From Octopus vulgaris (lineage: Eukaryota), in assembly GCA_951406725.2 (NCBI GenBank), contig OX597839.1, positions 37,014,001 through 37,078,000 on the forward strand: a stretch of 64,000 nt of DNA, in the 5' to 3' direction. Of the stretch, positions 52,599-64,000 are shown piece by piece. Each line of letters starts with the position of its first letter. Position 1 is the first letter of the stretch. The notes below the pieces were generated by a model. That model was not told the DNA's origin and searched no databases. It saw only the letters and a list, made by a program, of their open reading frames with translations. A program made the position numbers and the translations under genes.

Positions 52599-52695
52599 AA
52601 CCGAGTGTATGTTTCGAGTCGCTTCGGCTGCAGAGTTTCCTTTTTTTGTACTCATAAAGCATTATGTGCCTTAAATGCTCTTTGGATACTTCCAT
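52040..52695 (-). mobile_element. mariner transposase pseudogene, N-terminal half
   Basis: MEVSKEHLRHIMLYEYKKG..RWFAKFRSGDFSLED..GKWVPHELS..LDRLVTGDEKWIFY; split by an insertion at 52442-52597. Confidence 0.92.
52442..52597 (+). mobile_element. Short retroposon 3'-end insertion with (TTA)n tail
   Basis: Foreign segment ending GTGCACCTGAGCACTGTACACAA(TTA)n splits the mariner HSVY|GKEC codons. Confidence 0.65.
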
Positions 52696-53403
52696 GTTAG
52701 AAAGGGTTTTAATCAAAGAAATTTTTATTCTGTTATTCTGTAAAATAATTTTTAATTAGTTTAAATGTATACAAAAGCATTAAAATAATTTTTAATTCTA
52801 TTAGACATTCTAAAATACTATTAAATTTCATTCAATTTTAAAAACAGGTAAAATCGGACAGAATTTATGGGAGGTCGTGATATATTGAGTTAGACAAGTA
52901 AAGGTATGTTGTAGAAAAAGTATAGAAAACAACAACAGAAGAATATGTACAATGAAAATATATACATCATTGTGTGTGTGTGTGTGTGTGTGTGTGTAGT
53001 CTGTGTTATTGTTAATGCTATTATAATAATCTGCATATATACATATATACATACATACATACCTCTGTGTGTGTATGCATGTGTGTGTATGTGTGTATGC
53101 ATACATATATATTTGTATATACATATATCCCTGTACAGACTTATACATACATAGACATTCATATCTGTATGTGTATATGTATATATATGATATATATATA
53201 TAGAGAGAGAGAGGGACACACGGACACATGTGTATGATTGTGTTTGTGTGTGAATGTGTGTGAATACACTCATGCACATTTATGTATGAGTGAGAGCATG
53301 ATATATGTATATGCAAGTGTCCATCCACACACATATATGCATATACATATGCACACATGTAAGACTTGGAAATAACAGACTCCATAGTAACAACCACAAT
53401 ATC

Positions 53404-53441
<38 letters not shown>

Positions 53442-53841
53442 TTCAGCTGGGAAAAAAAAAGAATATCAATCAGTATAAGTTACATAAATAATAGAGGAAG
53501 AAGAATAGAAAAACTTGGGAGTTTTTATGAAACAGCAAAAGATGCTCGCATTAGCTTCGACGTAGTTAGGAGGATATTATTATTATTTTTTAATACGATT
53601 ATGAAGAACGATAATGATCTTTGTTACACATCGCTTCAGGAGTTAATTTAGCATACAGAGGTAGAAGAAACTTGTAATTAATTAGATAACACTGGATGTT
53701 GTCACATTTGTAAAGATATAAGTAAGATATATGTTCGTTACACACACATGTATATACACCTACATTTACATATGTATACATAGTCACATGCATAAAATAC
53801 ATACTTAAAGACTCATGCAATATATATATATATATATATAT

Positions 53842-55371
53842 ACTAGCAGTATCGCCCGGCGTTGCTTGGGTTTGTAAGGGAAATAACTATATAAGCATTT
53901 TTAGAGAGTTATAGCAAAAATAGCAAAAAAATGCATTAAAAATGGAATAAAAAATTATGGTAATTTTTTTTTTAATCATTGACTCATCGTAGACATTTTT
54001 AGAGAGTTACTTCCCTTATATAATAGCGAAAAAATGAATTAAAATGGAAAAAATGATGGTAAATTTTTTTTAAATCGTAGACTCATCGTAGACGCGCGCT
54101 AATACCCAGACGGGCTCGATATGAATCACGACTATAAGATACCCGGTTTTGGTTAAACTGCACCGCAAAATGTGGGAGTAGTTAGGAATCTAAATCGTAG
54201 GAGACAGACACACAACCTTACTTTTATATATAAAGATTTGTGCAACAACTAAAACATTCGGTTGTGCAAATTGTTTGCACAGGAAACCTGCCCTGTGTGG
54301 CAGTTTTTGCCGTTTTTGTGGATCTGTTTCAGCTTTTTTAGCGATTTCTGTTTTGGCGACTTCAAGCCATGAAGTCGTTGTTCTAAAAGAACGCTGGTCT
54401 CCTTGACAATGCTTTACGACGTTGATTTCCCTACCCTGCCTTCCCCACAGCTTCATGAGGGAGGGAAGAAGGGGAGAAGCTACACAGGTGCAGGTGCGAG
54501 CATGAACGCCAACGCCGCCACCGACACACGAAAAAATTGGAAGAACCCAGCCGACAGCTTCAGCCACCACCACCACCACCACCACGACCAACACCATCAC
54601 CACTACCACCATGACCACCACCACCACTACGTCCATGACCATCACCACCACCACCCCCACCACCACGACCACCACCACCAACAACACCACCACAAACACG
54701 ACGACTACAACGACCACGACCACCATCACCACTACCAGCACCACCGCTGCCACTACCACCGCCTCCACCACCACCATACTATGCCTCTGCTCTCTCCTTT
54801 TGGCTACTAAATCCATTACCATATTTCACAAGTACCATCGCCATACAATATTGCCTTCAAAAGTTTGTGTTTGGATAATATCTTTTAAGTAAAAGTTGTG
54901 CAACAACTATAACATTCGGTTGTGCAAATTATTTGCACGGGAAACCTTCCCTGTGTGGCGTGTTTCCAGTTTTTGTAGAATTTGCTTTCGGGCTTTGTTA
55001 GCCATTTCTGTTTTGGTATCTTCAAGCCATGAAGTCGTTGTTCTAAAAGAACGCTGGTCTCCTTGACAACGCTTTACGACGTTGATTTCCTTACACTCCC
55101 TTCCCCACAGCTTCACAAGGGAGGGAAGAAGGGGGAGAAGCAACACATCGACACGAAAAATATGCATTAAAATGGAATAAAAAATTATGTTAAATTATTT
55201 TTAAAATCGTAGACTCATCGTAGACGCGCGCTAATACCCAGACGGGCTCGATATGAATCACAACTATAAGATATCCGAATTTGGTTAAACTGCACCGCAA
55301 AATGTGGGAGTAGTTAGGAATCTAAATCGAAGGGGACAGACACTCACACAACTACAGTTTTATATATATAG
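53842..55371 (-). mobile_element. Composite non-autonomous Helitron
   Basis: 3' hairpin CCCAAGCAACGCCGGG plus CTAG|T at 53842; two TC..TATATAAAA 5' ends (~54236 and ~55371); duplicated internal blocks. Confidence 0.78.
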
Positions 55372-55450
55372 ATATATATACACAGACACACACACATATA
55401 TACACACTACATACATGCATATACATATACACACATATACATATATACAC

Positions 55451-55712
55451 GTGGAGGCGCAATGGCCCAGTGGTTAGGGCAGCGGACTCGCGGTCGTAGG
55501 ATCGCGGTTTCGATTCGCAGACCGGGCGTTGTGAGTGTTTATTGAGCGAAAACACCTAAAAGGTCCACGAGGCTCCGACAGGGGGTGGTGATCCCTGCTG
55601 TACTCTTTCACCAAACTTTCTTTCACCACACTTTCTTTCACTCTTTCTTCTGTTGGCCTGCTCGCTTAGCCAGCGGGGTGGTGTCATTCGAAGGCTAAAA
55701 CAATGCGAACGC
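55451..55712 (+). mobile_element. tRNA-derived SINE (head B1 + distinct tail T3)
   Basis: First ~190 bp nearly identical to the head of 6198-6579, then diverges at TTCTGTTGGCCTGCTCGC. Confidence 0.88.
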
Positions 55713-56029
55713 ATACACACATATACATATACACACATATCACATATATACACAGATGTATACATACACACACAAACACATACATACAGAGAGAGAGAGA
55801 CAAACAGACAGACAGACAGGTTGAAACAAACAGACAGACAGACAGACAGCCAGGCAGCTGGAGAGATAGATAAATAAATCTAGACAGACAGATGGGTAGA
55901 TAGATAGATATATGGAACACCAGACAGAAGACAGCAAGCTGCACAGCTACAAGGTAAAATCAAAAGATTCCTGGACTAGTTATGTTTAATGAAAAGTGAC
56001 CAATTTATCTAAATTTTAACATCAGCTCC

Positions 56030-56235
56030 TTTGAAATAGCCACCATCATCACTACAAGAACTAGAGACTGTTTTAGCTGAAGAATGGACAAAAATTCCTT
56101 TGGAAACAATTCAAACTTTGTACAAGTCCATACCTCATAGAATTCAAGTTGTAATTAGTGCCAAAGGTGGTCCTACCCCATATTAAAATAAATTTGTTTG
56201 AAATTTTAAGGTGTTTCCATTATTTCGTCCAACCC

Positions 56236-56238
<3 letters not shown>
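56030..56238 (+). mobile_element. Tc1-family 3' end (transposase C-terminus and TIR)
   Basis: [45 protein letters not shown], then ..TTTCGTCCAACCCCTG|TA. Confidence 0.85.
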
Positions 56239-56296
<58 letters not shown>

Positions 56297-56332
56297 CATA
56301 TATACATACATACATACATATATATACATACA

Positions 56333-56429
<97 letters not shown>

Positions 56430-57138
56430 ATAGAGAAAGATTTAATGGTATTAAAGATGAAGTAAAGTCGTTAGAAAAAAGGTGGAGTGAATTCATGAAG
56501 AAAAGATATGTTATTTGATAGAAACAGGCAGCAAAGGTAGATTTATAATCATGAGAATAAGGCAAATATGGAAGAATTGTGTTAAGGTGAATGATTATGT
56601 GTGTATGTGGTGTATTTGTGAATGTGCAAATACTCTAACTGTTATGAATGTAAATGAAATTCTAATCCCTCTAAAACGTTGGCATTGAATAATAACTTTA
56701 CAAAACAAAAAAAAACCAAAACAACCTATCATTGGAAAATAAAAATAAAATGATATTATGTTGTTAAAAAACTGAGTTAACTTTGTAGAAAATCAATAAA
56801 GATTTTTGTGAATTGTTTTTTCAGTATATTAATTATAGTAATACTTGCTTATAGAGCAAATTTTATTTTAAAACTCAAAAAGCTTGAAGAAGAAACTATG
56901 TTTCAGAAAAATTTGTACAGTTTTTTTTCATGTTTTACGACATATTTAATATGAATGCAGAAGAAAATTTGTATAATTATTAACAAAAATATATTTTCTA
57001 TTTCACAGATTCTAAAAACAAAAATACTGACCTACACCATTTTGCAAATGAAAAGTTGAGGGGCGATATGTACAAAAAAAAACTTTTTTCACCTTAATTT
57101 TTTTATGGGAAATAATATTTAAGGATTAAACATGATTT

Positions 57139-57176
<38 letters not shown>

Positions 57177-57394
57177 AACTAGAGGGGAGGATAATCTATT
57201 TAAAACATTGGAAATAACTTGAAATAGAATGTTTTTTTTTAGTTATTTAATGACAATCTTGACATGGAAATCCAGTTGTGAATTGAAAAAACGGTAAAGA
57301 ATTTGTAAAGTAAGGAAACTATACTAACACAGTGAAAGATGCTAATTCTGTATTTTGCAATGGGGAGGCAGGTGATCTTTATTGTAGAATTAAA

Positions 57395-57905
57395 GATTTT
57401 GTTGGCACTTCTCGATCAAAGACATTCCACTCATGACCATTCAGTCTTTCTAGATGTATTTCGGGTGGCATTACCGTATTGTGTCCTTTCCATTTGTTAA
57501 AGATCACAAGGTATGATTTGAGAGATATCTCACTGGTGTTTCTAGCAGATTGGTTGACCATGTAGAACAGTCATGGGTCAACATGTGACCCATGAGACAA
57601 ATTGGATTTTTTTAATGGTGTGACTTGTTTGATCTTGAGTCATGTCATGTGACCCATTTCTCGTACAAGGTCGTCCATGCCTAACATAGAGGCACCTTCA
57701 TCTACTCAGTGGCTCCATCTGTTGTTGCTTATCCCCAGATCAGCTCTAAACAGACAAAGGCATTCCAGCCATGACCATCCCATTTGGGCCTTCCGAACTA
57801 CCTTATCCAATGTCTTTTCCCCTCGCTACTTTTAAGACTGTTAGGGGTGTGTTTTAGATGAACATGGTCATTACGTCTAGCAAACTGAATGACCACATGG
57901 AGGGC
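57395..57905. repeat. Two copies of an old interspersed repeat (family E)
   Basis: AAAG.CATTCCA..CATGACCAT..TCTAGCA.A.TG..TGACCA recurs near 57420 and 57760; inverted relatives near 19010-19180 and 61250-61440. Confidence 0.5.
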
Positions 57906-59419
57906 TCGTCAATTCGTTCGGTGGTCGTGTATTGAGTCTGACTGATCTGGAGATAAATAGCAACAGCATCACCAGCAGAAATGACTACAATAGTAACAAC
58001 ATCAGCAACATTCCTTTGTCTTATTGATTGTGTCAGCCAACTTCTTTTTGGTAGAAAGAAGACGTTGTTAATTAAATCCCCACCACCAGGAAAATACTTT
58101 ATCAAATCACGCTATTCACAGATCAAGGACGTGCTGAGAAGCTGAATCTTTTAACTAGTTCACCGCTTGTTTCCTATCATCAGAGCTCACCTTTGATGTG
58201 AAAACGCTAGATAGAGAGCGGGAGGATTAGAGAGAGAGAGAGAGACGAAACAAAAGAGAAAGCTAATGAAAAAAAGATTGAATGTAGAAAGTGGAAAGAG
58301 AATGACCCCAGACTTTTATGAATATGCAAACAACTTATTTATTGAATTGGCATGATTAAACGGAAGTAGCTTCTCCTTCCTTAGCCGCGGAATAATTATT
58401 ATGGCCGACCATTTGATTGTGTTGAAATATGATGGTGTTATTACATTATAATGAAAGACGCTGAGATTGAATGGCGATCTCTAATATTGCGAAAGCTAAG
58501 AGAAAATCTTCATTATTGATAGGCATAAGTAAAGAAAGAAAAAAAGCCTTTCAGATTTTTGGTTCCCGTTGCACTACACAATAGCAGGCGATATCATACT
58601 GCATTCAAACATGGCCATGTTGTATTGCAATAATCGTTTTCCAAACCTAGACTGTTTTGAAGTTAAAATTCTTTGAATACCAACAGCAAAGAGGTTAATA
58701 GCGACTAAGTTTGTAATCATGACAATGAGTTATTCAGAAAGAGAATCATTAAAAAAAAAATAATAATAATAATAATAAAAATAAAAGTAAAAAATAATAA
58801 CAAGTGTGAACGGTGATCGACTTGGTTAATATATCAAGAATACTTTAAGAATTAACACTAGAAGGAAAGCAAAATGAATTTGCATGAAGCTGTATTTCAT
58901 TTGTTGGACAAATTTATAAGCAAACAAAATATTCTAAATGGAATATGTAAGGAAATAATTAGGAAGAAAGCAGCTGTCGAAGTGTTGAAAACGTGAAAAC
59001 TTTCATACACCATATTGACTGGAGGGAGTAACTATCAATAGGAAGTGATGTATTAATTTTATACATTGATCTAAAGTATTGGCGATCGTCTGCTTCCTGT
59101 AAGAATATAGCTCTTGGCCATTACAAACTTCAATATCTATAGAAAGCTTCATTTCACAGAACACACAGAGAGGAAGAGGACTGGAGGAATATTAATATAA
59201 GGAGAATTCTTATGTTATTGGTTAATTGACACGGTTAACATTCTCTTTCCCAATATATCCTTCATATTTCGGTCAAAAGTTAAGCAAAAATTTGTTTGTA
59301 GACGTTTAAAGGTCTGAAAATGGGATTTGGATATAAGACTAGCAACTGCTAAAACTCAATGTTCAATAACATAATATATTAAATACACCAACAATCATGA
59401 CAATGATGATACTAATAGT

Positions 59420-60480
59420 AGCAGTTTCAAATTTTGGCACAATGCCAGCAATTTTAGTGGGGGGGTTCAGTCGATTATATCGGCCTCAGTGCTTGACTTT
59501 ATTTTATCAACCCTGAAATGATGAAAGTTGACTTTGGTGGGGTTTGAACTCAGAAAGTAGCAAGCTGCAATAGATGCTACTAAGCAATTTTTCTGACATA
59601 CTAAGGATTCTGCCAATGATGATAATAATAATGGTCTCAAATTTTGGTACAAGACCAGCAATTTGTGGGGAGGGAGTAAGTTGATTACATTGTCCCCAGT
59701 ACTCAACATCTGCCCTGAATGGATGAAAGGAAAAGTCAAACATGGCAGAATTTGAACTCAGAATATAAAGACGGATGAAATGCTGCATTTTGCCCAATGT
59801 GTTAATGGTTCTGCCAGCTCACCACCGTAATGATGATAATCATCATCATCTTCCATGCATGCATGGGTAGGATGGTTGACAAAAGCCAGCCTGGTAGAAA
59901 ATATATCCAAGGCTACTGTGTCAGTTTTGACAGGGATTTTATGGCTGGGTTTTACATTTTTGCAGGAATCCAGCAATTATGAGTAGAGGGGATTAGTTGA
60001 TTCTGTCAACTCCAGTACGTGACTGGTACTTTATTTTATCAACACTGAAAGAACAAAATACAAAGTTGACCTTGCCGGGATTGGGACTCAGAATGTAAAG
60101 AGTAAGAGCCAATACTGTAAAACAGCTTTTTTCTGATGTCCTAATCATTCTGCAAGCTTGAAATACAGAGTTCACTTCAGTGGGATTTGAACTTAGAACT
60201 TAAAGACCCAGAACAAACACCACAGGACATTTTTTTTTTCAGACATTTTACTGATTCTTAGTTTCTTTTCTACTCTAGGCACAAAGCCCAAAATTTTTTG
60301 GAAGGGTGCCAGTCGATTAGATCGACCCCAGTACGCAACTGTACTTAATTTATCGACCCTGAAAGGATGAAAGACAAAGTCAACCTTGGCTTGGCAGAAT
60401 TTGAACTCAGAACGTAAAGACAAACGAAATACTGCTAAGCATTTCACCTGGCATGCTAACGTTTCTGCCAGCTCGCCACC
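59420..60480 (-). mobile_element. Head-to-tail array of at least 4 MetaSINE-like family D units
   Basis: GATGAAAG..AAAGT.GAC..TTTGAACTCAGAA blocks near 59520, 59720, 60060 and 60365, with tails TCAAATTTTGGCACAA.GCCAGCAATTT. Confidence 0.85.
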
Positions 60481-60901
60481 TTTTACTGATTCTTAATAGA
60501 GCACATCATGAAGTTGGTCTTAATTGCCATTTAGTAATTATGACACAACTTGTAGAAGTTGTTGAGGAAGGGCATCCCCAGCTATAGAAGCTATGCCAAT
60601 GCAGACACTGGAGTTCAGAGCATTCCTCTGTCTCATTGGTTCTCATTAAAGCACCTAACCCAGACCAGCTTGGAAAATGGATTTTAAACATTCATGAGGA
60701 TGATTCATATATATGTGTGTGTGTATATATATTAGAAGGTTTGGACGTGATGTACAGGTATTATATATTAGAAAAAATAAGATACTCAGAAATCTGGATG
60801 GTTGTACATTTACAGATTTTTATTAATATGTCAAATGTTTTTATAAATTATATATTAGCACTATATATATATGTATATATATGTGTGTGTATATATGTAT
60901 A

Positions 60902-61047
60902 TCATCATCATCATCATCATCATCGTTTAACGTCCGCTTTCCATGCTAGCATGGGTTGGACGGTTCAACTGGGGTCTGGGAAGCCCGAAGGCTGCACCAG
61001 GCCAGTCAGATGTGGCAGTGTTTCTACAGCTGGATGCCCTTCCTAAC

Positions 61048-61050
<3 letters not shown>
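60902..61050 (-). mobile_element. SINE family C 3' portion
   Basis: Near-identical to 30573-30738. Confidence 0.85.
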
Positions 61051-61094
<44 letters not shown>

Positions 61095-61555
61095 ATACAT
61101 GTTTGTGTGTATGTGTGTATATATATATGTGTGTATGTATGAGTATATATATATATACATAAATATAAATACATATATCTTCATCATCATCATCATCATC
61201 GTTTAACGTCCGCTTTCCATAAACATAACTATAAGCATAAAACTGAAATGGTAGCTAATTCCCCCTCGAATCAAACTTTACCTACCAGCCTAAGAACATA
61301 TCGAAAAAAAAATGAAGACACATCAAACAATATAATATCCACCATATAAAAATGGAAAACGAAGAAAGGCAGGATGGTCATGACTGGAGTCTAATGACGA
61401 TTCTGCAGAACTAAGGAATTTGCCCAGGGCTAAACGACAACTACAATAGCATAAAATGATTTAGTTTGGTGCTGTTTGTGTCATGTCATCGTTTTCCAAC
61501 AAAAGACAACCGAAGTCTCTCTGTTTCCTTCTCATTTCCATTTAAATTACATTAC

Positions 61556-61804
<249 letters not shown>

Positions 61805-61869
61805 AACTGTTAACAATTGAGAACAATGTAACGACAATTGTTGCACTCAATTGATGCAGTTGCAGTGAT

Positions 61870-62740
<871 letters not shown>

Positions 62741-63133
62741 TGTAATACTACTGTGTCACAACTCTGTGCTCACCTGTGACACTACATTGTGTGACTATAT
62801 TATGACACATCTTTTACTCCACAGTGCCTTTGTAACAAGGGTAGGTGACACAGTGGTTGTGCCATATACTGAGTGACACAACACTGTAACATATCTTTGA
62901 CCTGTCACTGTGATATATCTGTGACATGACTATAATCATCATTATCGTTTTAACGTCCACTTTTCAGGCTTGCATCGGTAGGACAGAGTTTCTTGAGACA
63001 GATTTTCTACAACTGGATGCCCTTCCTGTTGCCAGCCATTTCCTGTTTCTGGTCAGGGTAATATTTCCTACTCCTTATATATCACTATAGTGATATATAA
63101 TGAGTAGTTATATTTATAAATGTAGGGAAAGTA

Positions 63134-63227
63134 GACCTGAAGATTGGGAGTGCGTAAACATAATGTTTTTGAATGAGAGTTTGTGTCTTAACAATACCAG
63201 ACGCACCCTCATGAAACACGTGTAGTC
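63134..63227 (+). ncRNA. Type I hammerhead ribozyme with complete catalytic core
   Basis: GAC-CTGAAGA-T-TGGGAGTGCGT-(loop)-ACGCACCCTCA-T-GAAAC-ACGT-GTA-GTC: stem I GAC/GTC, 11-bp stem II with one mismatch, palindromic ACGT loop, GUA triplet. Confidence 0.8.
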
Positions 63228-63570
63228 CGTAATATGGAAAATTTTGAGATTAAGAATATAAATAGTAAGTATATTATCTAATAATTTATGGCTTGGTTGA
63301 GTTAATATCATTTGGAGTTGATAAAGTTGTGAGTGTTTCTATCTCTAACACTATTTTGATATATATGAATTAATCATTGAGAGTAATTTAATTTGATATT
63401 TTTAATTTGAATGTCTCATTCCTGTGGCACTGGAATTGATCTTCCCTAATTATTATAATATACATTTATATATAAACATATATATATGTTTATACATATA
63501 TATATAAATAAACATATATACACACTCACACACTCACACACACACACACACATACACATCAAACACACAA

Positions 63571-63730
63571 CAGGCTTCTTTCACCTTCCTTATACCTGAT
63601 TCACTCATAACGCTTTGGTCCACCAGGAACGATAACAAAAGCCACTTGGCCAAGGTTCATGGCACCTTGGGCTGAACCTACAACCAGGAGATTGCGAAGA
63701 AAACTTTTTCCGCACAGCTATGCCTGCACC
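63571..63730 (-). mobile_element. Diverged SINE family A head
   Basis: CAGGCTTCTTTCA..CACTCATAACGCTTTGGTC..CACAGCTATGCCTGCACC. Confidence 0.65.
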
Positions 63731-63911
63731 AATAAGATATATTTGTGACACGTTATTGTGACACAATGAGTTTGTTATGCATCACAATGTAGTGATATAG
63801 CATGTATGTATGTATATATATAGGGAAAGTTTATGAAAATAAACAAAAGACAAAGGCAGGTGGAGTACAAACAAACAAATGTATTAGTATAGCGCACAGG
63901 AATAGAAAGAG

Positions 63912-63949
63912 TCTTTCACGTTTCGAGCCTACGCTCTTCAACAGAAAGA
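63912..63949 (-). ncRNA. Minimal hammerhead-like motif with variant core
   Basis: Minus strand TCTTT-CTGTTGAA-GAGC-GTAG-GCTC-GAAA-CGT-G-AAAGA: perfect stems I and II, palindromic ACGT stem III; core A6 to U and G at position 17. Confidence 0.6.
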
Positions 63950-64000
63950 TACACAGAAAAAAACAAGGAGAGAAAATATATATATATATATATATATATA

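Noticed and set aside
55451-55530. tRNA gene
   Set aside because: A and B boxes are present, but the acceptor stem is incomplete and the sequence runs on into a SINE body shared with 6198-6579.

Overview
AT-rich, microsatellite-saturated eukaryotic (animal) non-coding DNA. The repeat inventory strongly resembles an Octopus (coleoid cephalopod) genome; this is inferred from recognised repeat families, not from a search. I found no intact host gene or convincing exon, so this is probably a gene desert or large intron. Most listed ORFs are translations of (CA)n, (TA)n, (CATA)n or (GAT)n tracts. The real coding remnants are all mobile-element fragments: a Penelope-like GIY-YIG endonuclease; CR1-, RTE- and R4/Dong-clade LINE 3' ends; a decayed Helitron Rep/PIF1 helicase; two mariner and several Tc1-like transposases; hAT and piggyBac non-autonomous elements; and non-autonomous Helitrons. 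There are also dozens of SINE copies from at least four families. Most notable observations: (1) five type I hammerhead-ribozyme motifs, one with a complete core at 63134-63227; (2) a SINE family sharing its 3' stem-loop tail with a CR1 LINE in the same window; (3) visible head/tail module swapping among SINEs; (4) a 75-bp duplication flanking one SINE; (5) several nested insertions with readable target-site duplications; (6) repeat-free islands that may be regulatory. I cannot support a wholly new biological system from this sequence alone.
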